Source of the DNA: Octopus sinensis
Lineage: Eukaryota
Direction: 5' to 3'
Length of the DNA stretch: 64,000 nt
NCBI RefSeq assembly: GCF_006345805.1
Contig: NC_042997.1
Location: forward strand, 22,568,001-22,632,000
Under the pieces are notes generated by a model that worked only from the letters and a program-made list of their open reading frames with translations, searched no databases and was not told where the DNA came from. Shown piece after piece: positions 36,937 to 48,638 of this stretch. A program made the position numbers and the translations under genes. How positions within the stretch are numbered: the stretch's first letter is position 1; every line of letters begins with the position of its first letter.

Positions 36937-38148
36937 GAAGAAAGGGAAAGAGTACATCTTCTTAAATACTAGAAACTAATCAAATGGACTCAGTTTCCTG
37001 GATATGAATAGTGTAGTCCTTATATAACTGGAATACAGGATTTATTAATCGCACTCAATCATTTGATTGGATACATGCAAGAGTGATAGAATAGCAACAA
37101 TTAGGCTAATGGTCCAACAAACCAGATACGGTACATATTCAAATTTTACGATTATATTGGGTTCAAATTTTGTTACAACGTTAGCAATTTCGGGTGAGGG
37201 GTTAAGTCGATTACATCAACTCCAGTGCTTAACTGGTACTTATTTTATTGACCTTGAAAGGATGAAAAGTAAAGTCGACAACCGCATAATGTGAACTCCG
37301 AATGTAAAGACGGACGAAATGCCGCTTAGCAATTTTCCCGGCGTGTTAATGATTCTACCTGCTCGATGCCTTAAATCTTACGATTATATTAGAATCTATC
37401 TCTCTTCTACTTGCTGTTAATAGTATGAGTAACCAGCATCATATCAGAGTCGACGGTTAAAAATGCTTTCTAGAAATTTTCGTGTTAAAAATGATTGGAA
37501 GAAAAATGGTTAATAGTATGAATTTGAGTACTTCATTGTTTAGAGTTAGATAAATGAGACGATATATATGTATCTTATCTCGATAAGATTTTTTTCTTTC
37601 TGTCACGTCTCAAAACCTTGGTCTTATGAATCGCGAGAAGCTCCACAATATATTTTCATTTTAACAAGAAATCTTATATTATAAAACAGAAGCGGATTTC
37701 CGTCTGTCTGTCCGTCACAAAATTTATAAGTGGGGGTGGGCAAAGAAGGGGAGAAATCAAAATATACGTCACAACGTATTTTTAGAAGGAGAAAAGAAAA
37801 AGGTGATGTTGAAAGAAACAATACAATGAGAGAGAGAGAGAAATAGAAAGAGAGAGAGAGAGAGAGAGAGAGAGTGAAAGTGTGAAATATAGATATATAG
37901 GTATTGTTGTCACCACAGTAACTAACAAGTTTAATTTAAAACTTGGGAATTTTGAGTGCAAGTCTGTCAATATACAGCAACATATTTCAAAATGGCTATA
38001 TGTATATATAATATATATAGCTATTTTTTTGTCTGTATGTGTATTTGTGTGTATTTCAACATATAGACAATGCAACACAGACTTAAAAAGATACTTTCAC
38101 TTTGAATAGAAGAAAGGAAAGAAAACAAGTTGTTCACAGAGAAATACA

Positions 38149-38184
<36 letters not shown>

Positions 38185-38454
38185 TAAAGTGTGTGTCTGT
38201 GTGTGTGTGTGAAGGATAGATAGTTAAGTAGTGTTGTCACCATAGTAACAAGCAAGTTTTGATTTAAAATGCGGGCATTTTAAGTGCAAGTCTATCAACA
38301 CAACAAACTTCAAAAATAGCAATATGTGAATACACCCACCACACACTAACACCTTCTACACATTTCTTTGGTTGTTTATGTGCATTTGTATGAGGGTACG
38401 TGTGTGTGTGTGCGTGTGTGTTTGTGTCTTTCAACACATAGACAATACAACACA

Positions 38455-39474
38455 GATTGGATCTTTTCATTTTGAAGGCCAGATTTTCCTAGTTAACTAA
38501 ACAATTTGAAACTTCGTATACTGGTAGAATGTGTCAAAAGAAAACATTATTGTAAACAAAATTGAAAACAAAATTGTAATTCGTAACTTAAACGTAGTTT
38601 AATTTTAAGAATTTTAACCAATGAAATCGCAGCATTCGAGCTCAAATTATTTACCTCTTCTTCTGTCTTCTGCATGTGCTAGAAATAACAGCTATATCTC
38701 TTAAATCGATTAATTTCGTCGCCCAATAAAAATATTAACGATATTTTTTTAATATTTTCTTTATTTTTTTTTACCGAAAAGGCTTCTCCCATGGTTTTGA
38801 AGGGCCAGAAACAACAAAAACAAAACAATAATATGCCTAAATCGGTCTCGAGTTTGTGCGTGGAGTGTGAGTAGTATTGTAAAAATTTGCGAAATATTTT
38901 TTCATAAAAGGATGCCCCCAGCTTGCCGGAAGCTGTGATATAAATTGGGAAAAAAATCCTCGACACCAGTGCGTAATTGGTACTTAATTTATCGACCCCG
39001 AAACGATGAAACATTGACCCCTTCCCTTCTGGTTTATTTACCTTTTGTGCAAATTTGTTGCGGCAAGTGGCAAAACACGAACGTGTAATGTATGCTTGTG
39101 TGCGTATGTGTGTGTATGTATATGTCCGTTTGTATGTGTGTGTACGCTTATATATTAATTACTATGTGCTTGTGCAAATGTATATGCATGTGTTTGAGAG
39201 AGAGAGTGTGTGTGTGTGTCGTGCGTCTGCTATATTTCTTTATCAATATCGATAACGCAGCAATGCTGGGATTTCATTGGTTAAAATTCGAAGATGTTGG
39301 GATTTCATTGGTTAAAATTCTTAAAATTAAGCTACGTTTAAGTTACGAATTACAATTTTGTTTTCAATTTTGTTTACAATAATGTTTTCTTTTGACACAT
39401 TCTACCAGTATACGAAGTTTCAAATTGTTTAGTTAACTAGGAAAATCTGGCCTTCAAAATGAAAAGATCCAATC
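38455..39474. mobile_element. ~1-kb non-autonomous element bounded by ~190-bp inverted repeats
   Basis: GATTGGATCTTTTCATTTTGAAGGCCAGATTTTCCTAGTTAACTAAA..TTAACCAATGAAATC at 38455-38630 and its reverse complement at ~39300-39474. Related sequence occurs at ~14095-14170 and ~46600-46800. Confidence 0.8.
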
Positions 39475-39494
39475 GGATCTTTTCATTTTGAGTC

Positions 39495-39889
39495 AAATAT
39501 TATGGCCTGATAAAAAAAATAGAAGGGTCAAACATAAAAATGACCCTGCCAGAGGAGGAAAAAAGAAAACTGGAAAGCGGAACGGTGATATTCAGAACAT
39601 TTTCGAATGAAAATAGGAGAAACTGTGAAATTACCAAACGGTGAAAAACTGGAAGTAATGTTGGAGGGAAGACCCCCAAAATGTTACGAATGCGAGGCAA
39701 AAGGTTGTGTAAAAGTTAACGGTAAAGGAATACATGGTTTCATCTCGCAGCGGGAGCGAGATGGCCGGCGCATTTGCATTGTAAATATATTCATTTCACA
39801 TTCATCCTTCATATGTTTTATGTTCCCGCATGTCTTTGTGTGTCCCCTCTGTAATTAGGCCTTGTGCCTGTAATAAAGAATTAAGCTAG
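39495..39889 (+). mobile_element. Internally deleted copy of the ORF1-only retroelement
   Basis: Matches 40065-40168, jumps to the knuckle region (EGRPPKCYECEAKG), then carries the same ~156-bp 3' end as 41461-41617. Confidence 0.8.
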
Positions 39890-39894
39890 TAAGC

Positions 39895-41617
39895 CACGCC
39901 CTTTTGTTGTTCTTTGAAGAATTCTAGCCGATTTTTGTTGGGTGATAGTGAAATAATTGAAAAAATGAAAAGTTACGCAGAGGCTACTGGGAGTCGAGTT
40001 CCCCTAGACTCGCGTGTACCGAAGCCGGAGATGATGGAGTGGAATGAGAAGATAACCAAATATTGAGGTATGATAAAGAAAGAAGGGTCAAATATGAAAA
40101 TGACCCTGCCAGAGGAGGAAAACAGAAAAATGGAAAACAAGACGGTCATATTTAGAACATTTTCGAATGTAAATATGAAAATAGAACACGCGTCGTAGGA
40201 AGAGATAGAGGAAATCTTGGAGGAACAAATAGGAGAAAGGATAACTTTCTTTACAAGAGGAAGTAAATGTGCGACTATAGTAGTAACCTTTGTATCAGAA
40301 GAGGAGGCGAAAAAACCGACAACAGGCTGATACAGAAGAGAAATAGACGTTGATACCAAACTGTTTGAGCATAAGAATCGTTAGGATTAGGGTAGGAAGA
40401 ATCCCACTGTCGATAGACCCAGAATGGGTTTTAGCTGCAATTTTTAATTCAGAGCTGAGGAAGAAAAGTGAAGACCTGAGGATTGGCATAATAAGCCGAG
40501 CACAACAAGTGAAATGATGGGCCTATGGTTTAGAGATAATCTGTGCAGTGAGCCCGAAATGTTACGACGAAATGCCGGAAACTTTGGAACAACCAAATGG
40601 AGAAAAGCTGGAAATAATGTTGGAGGGGAAACTCCCAAAGTGTTATGGATGTGGTGAAAGAGGGCACTTGAGAAGGAAATGCCCTAGAGCAGCAGTGGAA
40701 ATGGTAGAGGAGAGTGTTCAGGAAGATATAATGGTAGAAAAAAAGCACAAACAGAAAACAGAACATGACGGGAATTTTGCGGAGGTGAAACCTAGAAAAA
40801 AGAAAGAAGGAAGTCACCGACGACAGTGGAATTGGAGAAGAGTAAAGCAATGGAAGAGAAAACCCAATCCACGACGAGAAACGGAGAAAATTTACCGGTA
40901 GAATTACTAGTAAAGAACTTACAAGTACAGAGACATTCAGACCCAGAATTACAGAAACCTAAAGGCATAGACACTTCGAATTACAGTCACACGAACACAC
41001 AGACACACAAATACACGAACACACAGATACAATCACAATAAATCCAAAAACAGCAGAAATATAGAGACAAAAAGAGACATGAAAAACACAAACAAAAAGA
41101 AAAATTATTGTGAGATATAGGACACCCCAACTTAAAAGATTGCAAAATTGAAGGACATCGTGAGAGACTGAACCCACTGAGGCGGGAGGGGGATGTTGAG
41201 CCTCGCGCCTCGGTGGTGAATTATGTGGAACAAAAGGAGTGGATGAAGTGGTAAGTCTTAATTTAATTATAAACTGTGAAAAACATCTGGTTGAACTTTT
41301 TGGCTTTAAAAAAGGAAAAAAATAAGTAAATCCGGTATGAACATTTGCTCAAAAAGTTTATATTTGTAAGGTAAAAGCGAAAAGTGAAGATGCAGTTTCG
41401 CCTCGGAGCGAGGCTAGAAATTGTTATGTAAAATGTAAGGGTTTAAAGGAAAAAGAATCCACGGTTTCATCTCGCAGCGGGAGCGAGATGGCCGTCTCAT
41501 TTGCATTGTAATTTTATTCACTTCACATTCATCCTTTCATGTGGTTTTTGTTCCCGCATGTCTGTGTATGTCCCCTCTGTGTTTAGGCTTTGTGCCAGTA
41601 ATAAAAAATCAAGCTAG
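39895..41617 (+). mobile_element. ORF1-only (gag-like, CCHC zinc knuckle) non-autonomous retroelement
   Basis: ATG at 39965 (MKSYAEA..); degenerate ORF containing CYGCGERGHLRRKC; no EN or RT sequence; 3' end has the hairpin CATCTCGC-AGCGGGA-GCGAGATG and AATAAA. Confidence 0.75.
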
Positions 41618-41632
41618 CTAGCCATGTTACTC

Positions 41633-41671
41633 CAGACTGATGATGAGCAATGACTCTGAAACTAGTCTCTG
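41633..41671 (+). ncRNA. Type I minimal hammerhead ribozyme motif, intact core
   Basis: CAGA CTGATGA T-GAG-CAATGA-CTC-T GAAA CTAG TC TCTG. Stem I CAGA/TCTG, palindromic ACTAGT stem III, GUC triplet with predicted cleavage after C41667. Confidence 0.82.
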
Positions 41672-41828
41672 ATTGCTGGTTTTGCTGGGTGGAAGTGCTT
41701 ATCTCCCCTTTGAAAACATAAGGAAACAGGAAATTATCAGGGCCATCAGGAAACAGTGTTTCCTAGGGCTAAATAGCAGTAACATTCTTCCCTTTTATGG
41801 GACTGTCACATTAAGTTGACAACATACC

Positions 41829-41892
<64 letters not shown>

Positions 41893-41911
41893 ACGTATGT
41901 ATATATATATG

Positions 41912-41974
<63 letters not shown>

Positions 41975-42302
41975 CTCGTTCAGAGATTTATTATTGCTTG
42001 CAGACAGTTTTTCGAAATCAGTGACGGAAGTTACTGGAAAAACAATAAATAAGTATTTGCAAACAGGTCTCCCTTCATCGAAAACCGGTGATTGCAGTAC
42101 GCCGAAGACAGGCAAATACCTAGAAACTGCAGTCCGTGCGTATCACTTAGGTTGACGACAGAGGGATGACCTCCCTTTGCAAATACCATAAGGGCACAGA
42201 AAGTGTGCCTAAAGCCAGCTGGAGACGATGATCTCCTGTGGCTAAAAGCTACAGTAACACCCACCCTTAGTGGTTAACCATATTGAGATGGCTAGTATAC
42301 TT

Positions 42303-42342
<40 letters not shown>

Positions 42343-42388
42343 AATATGAATAAAAAATGGAGTTAACGCAGGTGTAAACAAATATTTT

Positions 42389-42476
42389 CACTTTCGACAC
42401 ATGTTTCGAAAATTCCACTGATACTATTCAAAACAATATATGGTATAAACAATGCAATCTTCTCTTCGGGAAAGTG
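42389..42476 (-). ncRNA. Type I hammerhead motif in the PLE 3' pLTR (U4C variant)
   Basis: Stem I CACTTTC/GAAAGTG (7 bp); core CCGAAGA; ~13-bp stem II GAAGATTGCATTG/CAGTGGAATTTTC; GAAA; ACATGTGT stem III; GUC triplet. Confidence 0.78.
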
Positions 42477-43484
42477 AAAAAAATCAAACTCGTCAATACG
42501 ACATTTTAGCAAAAAATGATGGATTTGTATAGCGATAGACAGAACGCTATTAATATTGTTTAAAAAAACGTTATATGATATAACGTTATAAGTAGCTAAC
42601 AGAAAGAGTAGGGATATTAATAGTGAATGTTAAATATAAAGGAAATTAAAGTTTAAATTATATATAATGATAGAGGCTACTTATATGCACTAAATGTATG
42701 TTTTTGCCAATGCTTACATCTGTATGCTCGCTCTATAACCGTGTTTACTAGATATTTTTAGAAAAAATAATGAAAAATAGCTCAGAATTGCAGAGAAGAC
42801 AGAATTTCTTGCCTTTGTCATATGGTATCGAAATTGAGAGGATCAACCATTCTAAATGAAATTGTTCATTGTGGTCTTTTAAATCCCAAATCAGTTTGCT
42901 GAGACCGGTACTATTCCGTTTATTTCTATCCCTAAATGTTGAGTAATGGATAGAAATTCTTTTAGATAACTCTAACGATGTGCTTCCAATGTAAAATCGT
43001 ACTTTATTACGAGTACTGATTATACACTGGTATATAGAATTTTTAATCTTAGAGTTACTTGACATAAATTTAATTCTATTGGAATTGACTTCAGATACAA
43101 TAACCTTGTTATTAATATTTCTAGAGGGTTGGATAGTATTAGCTAAATTAATGTTAGTATTAGTAAATGTATTAATATTTAACAGTTTGTTATTATGAGA
43201 AGATATAATTTGCAAGAGATTTTTCGTGTTTGAAAAACCTATCCTAACCTTATGTGAATTAATTATAGAGTAATATCTAGAATTCTTTGGAAAATTCCTA
43301 GCAATAGCTTGACGAAACAGCAGTGGGAGATTAGATTTAATTTGTCTCCCGTAAGGAATTATTAACCAAATATTTTTACTAGTATTCATAGCGTAATTAC
43401 TTTTGAAGGTGTTATATTTACTTTTAGATCGATAAAATCCATCATTTTTTGCTAAAATGTCGTATTGACGAGTTTGATTTTTTC

Positions 43485-43570
43485 CACTTTCCCGAAGAGA
43501 AGATTGCATTGTTTATACCATTTATTCTTTTGAATAGTATCAGTGGAATTTTCGAAACATGTGTCGAAGT
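43485..43570 (+). ncRNA. Inverted second copy of the PLE hammerhead motif
   Basis: Same core and stem II as 42389-42476; stem I shortened by a 1-nt deletion. Confidence 0.7.
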
Positions 43571-44769
43571 AAAAATATTTGTTTACACCTGCGTTAACTC
43601 CATTTTTTATTCATATTATTCAAATATTCAACGTAAACACGAAGTTTCTACCTTTATAAACAAGGAGTTACACCTTTACTTGTGAGATTTTTGCTGCCCT
43701 GGTAACTATATATTTATTTTTCCGTGTTAATTGTTAACAAGGTAAAAATACACTCATCTATTTATATATATATATGGACTTGCTGCCTATATTCAAGAAA
43801 TGGACCACTCACAGAGGTATGTATAGATTATTTTGAAAACACAATTTCTGTAATTCAGTGTGATAGCATATTTTTCACTTTAAGAATGGACTTGTTTATA
43901 CCCAAGAAATGAACTTGCTGTTTGTACCCAAGAAATGGACAACGCACAGATATAATTATTTCTATAACATCATTCTCTATTAGTATTTTCTTCTCGTAAC
44001 AATTTAAAGGAATGTTAAAGATAATTTATTTTAATAACATGAACTGTCCGTATAAAGAATCAAATAAAAAATGATAAATAGTGGAATGTTTTGTAATTAG
44101 GGGCAGAGTAAGGGTGAATATTTAAAAGAATTTGCAGCGTGTAAGATGTTTGTAAGCAATTCCAGAACAACAAAAACCGTTACTTTCACTGCAACATTTA
44201 AATTTCGTTTGTGTCTAAATATTTTCTTATTTCGTTTTTGGATTTGGTTTGCAAGATTCTTTATATGAGTTCGTGTGTTGAAGCATATTCTATTGTATCT
44301 GGGGAGAGTAATTTTCTTTTTGTGTCTTATTATGTAACACACACACCGGTAAAATTTCCACGTTTTTCTTATTTTTATTTTCCTAAATTTTCGTTGCCTC
44401 TTGTAACCTTTTCAATAGTTTTGACTCTCTAAATATTTTCGTTCTTTGAAATCGCGACAAAAATTCGTGCTGCATCTGTTTTGTTTTTTTTCAGAGAACA
44501 AATTTCGGTTTTAAAGCGACGAAAATATTGAGATTGAAATGAAGTTTAAAATTTGCAGTGAAACTAACGGGTGTGTGTGTATGTGTGTTCTTGAATGGCA
44601 TACAAACATCTACGCTGCAATTGTTCTTGTTAATACCATTATGTAGAAGACAGAATTGAAAAAATTTTGTGCGCAAATCTTTGCTTTCATCTTCGGTTAT
44701 AGTATAGATAATTTTTTTCTCTGAAATGCCACCTTCGGCCTCCAGGACACATTGGTCGGCCCGTGGCTA

Positions 44770-45695
44770 TAGTTGAAAACATTTGCTGGCAAACGGTGGT
44801 GGGGAGACCAGGACAATTCACACGATCCGACTTTTTTTTTCTTCAAGAAAATGGATATTCTTCCCAACGACACGGTTCCGGGTTCAGTCCCACTGCATGG
44901 GACCTTGGGCAAGTGAATTTTCCGAGTCCTCTCTCCTCGTCCCCATTCGCCAGCGCGCCTTTTTTTATATATATATTCGTTTACATGTTGTTTTATACCT
45001 ATTACACTATTTTATTTTTTCATTTTTGTGACCGGGTGTTTGAAGTGGAGTTACTGGATCGTGTGAATTATCCGAGTCCGCACCCACCCCCACCCCCGTC
45101 ACAAAAATTGAAAAATAGTGTACTAAGTGTAAAATAATGTGTAGTAAACGAATATGAAGAAAAAAATTGCGCCGACGAACGGGGAAGTGGTGAGAGAACT
45201 CGGAACATTCCCGATGTCTCCCCCTCCCGCTCACCAGCACGCATTTTTTTATATTCGTTTACTACTTGTTGTTTTTACACTTTTCTTTTTTTTTCATATT
45301 CGTTTACATGTTGTTGTTTTTTACACCTATTACACTTTTTTTTTTTTTTTTCATTTTTGTGACCAGGTGTCGAAATGGGGTTACTGGATCGTGTGAATTA
45401 TCCGGGTACGCACCCAACCCACCCCCGTCGAAAAATTGAAAAACAAAATAGTGTACTAGGTGTAAAATAATGTGTAGTAAACGAATATGAAAAAAAATTT
45501 CGCCGACGAACGGAGAGAGGAGCACATTTTTTTTTCATTTTTGTGACCGGGTGTTAACGTTGAGTTTTCGGATCCTGTGAGATTGATCGCGTGAATTTTC
45601 CGAGTCTTCTCCCCCACACCCGTTCGCCAGCGCGTTTTTTTTTTTCTTTTCATATTCGTTTACTACGTTGTTTTACACCTATTACACTTTTTTTT
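44770..45695. repeat. Array of a ~110-130-bp unit in alternating orientations (nested palindromes)
   Basis: Unit GTGAATTTTCCGAG..TTCGCCAGCGCG..TATTCGTTTAC..ACACCTATTACACT..CATTTTTGTGACCGGGTG occurs at ~44913, ~45211 and ~45590. Reverse-complement copies lie at ~45091-45210 and ~45420-45515. Confidence 0.85.
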
Positions 45696-46876
45696 CTCGA
45701 TTCAAACACTTGGCAGAGATACAATAGACAAAGATACATCAACAAACACACATACACCAATACATTTAATCAAGATTTGAAAATCTTGCAATATATGGTA
45801 ATAAGGTTTCGAAAAGATCGCACTTTTCGTATCTTCTCCGCCACATCGCAGAGATAGGAGTCAATCATAAAACGGTAAATTGCTGAGGCTATATGATTTG
45901 GCTGCTCTAAAGGCAGCGAGCTGGCAGAAACGTTAGCACGCCGGGCGAAATTCTTAGCGGTATTTCGTCTGCCGTTACGTTCTGAGTTCAAATTCCGCCG
46001 AGGTCGACGTTGCTTTTCATCCTTTCGGGGTCGATTAAGTAAGTACCAGTTACGCACTGGGGTCGATATAATCAACTTAATCCGTTTGTCTGTCTTTGTT
46101 TGTCCCCTCTGTGTTTAGCCTCTTGTGGGTAGAAAAGAAATAGGTATTTCGTCTGCCGTTACGTTCTGAGTTCAAATTCCGCCGAGGTCGACTTTGCTTT
46201 TCATCCTTTCGGGGTCGATAAATTAAGTACTAGTTACGCACTGAGGTTGACTTTGACTTTCATCCTTTCGGGGTCGATAAATTAAGTACCAGTTACGCAC
46301 TGAAGTCGATGTAATCGACTTAATACCTTTGTCTGTCCTTGTTTTTCCCCTCTATGTTTATCCCCTTGTGGGTAATTAAGAAATATATATGATTTGGCTG
46401 CTTCCATACTTCGAAACACAAAATATAAAATACAACAGGCAAGTAAACAAAAGTTGGTGAAAATAAAGCAAAAATAAATAAAATAGAGTGGTGAAAATAA
46501 TTGCAGGCAGAAATAAAAAATATCCCAAAACACAGTAGCCAAGCCGAAGAATAAACAGAATAAACAACACTAGGTTCAAAAATGAATTTAACAACAGATG
46601 ACCCGGAAGTTGTTGCTCTTCGATTACTTTCGCGAACAGCAGTAACGTTATTCAGCTGAATACACGTCATTGATTGGTCAAAATTATTCAAATACCACAA
46701 ATTTAACACGAAATAACTTCTAAAATTGCAAAATTTTGTGAAAAACGTGAAGAGTAAACCGTTTTCTACGTGACACATTTAACCAGTATTCCATTTAAAC
46801 TGTTGTAATCTGTCATATATTATTTTTAATTAACTTTTTACATTTTTTATTTTCTTATATCAAAAGTGCGAACCTA

Positions 46877-46890
46877 TAGCGGAAGTTGTC
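46877..46890 (+). promoter_or_regulatory. ETS/GABP-like site (GCGGAAGT) upstream of the TOM6-like start codon
   Basis: GCGGAAGT lies ~27 bp upstream of ATG 46913; a second CCGGAAGT lies at ~46603. ETS sites are common in promoters of nuclear-encoded mitochondrial genes. Confidence 0.4.
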
Positions 46891-46912
46891 TTATTGCCAT
46901 AGCAGAGCGAAG

Positions 46913-47031
46913 ATGGATTTCTCGAATATGGATTTTGGTTCTACGCCTAACTCTAAAAAGATTGAAGGACCTCCCACTCCTACTGGAGTGGTTGAATTCA
47001 TGAAAAGTTTTTGGACTGATCCTTTGAAATG
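46913..47031 (+). CDS. TOMM6: TOM6-like mitochondrial import receptor subunit, coding exon 1
   Basis: MDFSNMDFGSTPNSKKIEGPPTPTGVVEFMKSFWTDPLK + TG|GTATGT donor (phase 2). Confidence 0.7.
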
Positions 47032-48364
47032 GTATGTATCTTTATTGTTTGTGTTGTTCTCCAACAGTTTCTAAAGAGAAATACCAACAATACTAGTGCG
47101 TAGTCACATGTGAGTTTTTAGCTTTCATAATGTATACTGGAAACCTTATTTTCATAATTTTGTGGTTATTAACTGAAATAAGATACCCTCTTTTGAGGCC
47201 TCCTGCTTTCTTTTTTCTTTTCTTCTAGTCCCCATCAATATTTCGTTTGTTTGTATATTTTACCTCAGTTGGAGCTTCACTAATTCCTTTCATACTAACG
47301 TAACATTTAAATATACACCCAGCACGTTTATTTAACTTGTAAAACTCCCAGAAAATTGGTAATAACTTTTTTATGTAGCTGCTATTAATAATTAGTATAT
47401 TATGACTGTTTCTGCAATATTCTTAAATTGCCGAAATTTTAGATTTTACGAGAAAATTGTCTTTAGAAAACGCCCTTTCTTCTGAAATGCATTGCTCATG
47501 TTTTAATTAATTTTGAAAATTAACGACAAATTTAGTAAAACAACTTTTATTGTTATTAAATTGATATTTGAAACATAAATTATAAATTAACGGGAAATAT
47601 TAAAGGAAAGTTGAAATCAAGGGCTGTCTTATGCTAGTTTATATCAAAAATGTTGCAGGAAAAAACCTTTGGAAGCTTTTTTTTTTTTCCGTCTGAAGGT
47701 GTTTGTTATATAAAAAACAAGTTTTCTTTCTCAAGGTCAAAGGAGAAACTTAGCGTGGGAATCAAATACTTGTTTGTCAGGAATGAAACAAATAAATGAA
47801 ATTATGCAATTAACGGGTGAAAACAAAATTACTTTTGTAGAAACGTTGTAAAATTTTAATTCAATTTCTAGAATTTTAATTCAGTTTCCCTTTTCTGTTT
47901 ATACTTTGATAATAATTTACAATTTTGTGTTAGCCCTCGGTGAGGTAAGTCATTATTTAGTATAGAAACATGTCTAAATATAGTTTTATTCTTGTCAAAT
48001 ATTCTGGCAAGGAATTTCAGCAGTTATTCTGTCACTCTACAATCACACCTGAGTTGACGATAAAATATGTGAAGGGAGACAATTAAGAATTGTGAGAATG
48101 AAATGGTAGTTAAAAAAACGAATGTTACCTTTCTATTGATATTTCAGTACAAGATCTTAAATTAAGCGAGTTAGTGTTAACTTAAAAGAAACCATATTGA
48201 TGTAAATGGTTTTAAAATGTTGGTGGAAAAGAGGATATATATTTTCCAGTAAACCTAATTAAAGTTGTTCCCCTTCTTCCCCGCCTTTTTTTTCATTTGT
48301 TGTTTTGTTAAAGAAAGTGTTGAAATTTCGTTGTTCACGCTTCCCATGGTACTTTGAATTTTCT

Positions 48365-48406
<42 letters not shown>

Positions 48407-48638
48407 TCTTACCGTTTCATTGCTGTATTGTAGGTCTAGGTTTGCGATTCTATGTACAAGTATCATTGAGTGATGTAGTAGCGGAAGTAAAAGATAAATA
48501 TATCAATCTTTGAAAATACCATAGAATTCGTTGTTTTTAAAAATGTGCAGTTCTAATCAAAATAGTTTATGCAAATGAACATCGTTCTGTTTTTTATGTA
48601 GTAAATTTTAAATGCGAAATTTCGTTTTGTTTTCAAAG

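Larger units (their letters stand above)
42348..43745 (-). mobile_element. 5'-truncated Penelope-like retroelement with GIY-YIG endonuclease and inverted pLTRs
   Basis: ORF 42748-43433 part: NSIYQCIISTRNKVRFYIG (GIY-YIG), LSKLIWDLKD..LEWLIL, KFCLLCNSE, with the upstream linker NFPKNSRYYSIINSHKVRIGFS..IISSHN. ~180-bp inverted repeats at 42348-42527 and 43434-43612. Confidence 0.9.

Noticed and set aside
39734-41617. The two ~156-bp direct repeats as LTRs of a gag-only LTR element
   Set aside because: No TG..CA ends, PBS, PPT or TSD. ORF fragments precede both repeats, which fits two head-to-tail elements better.
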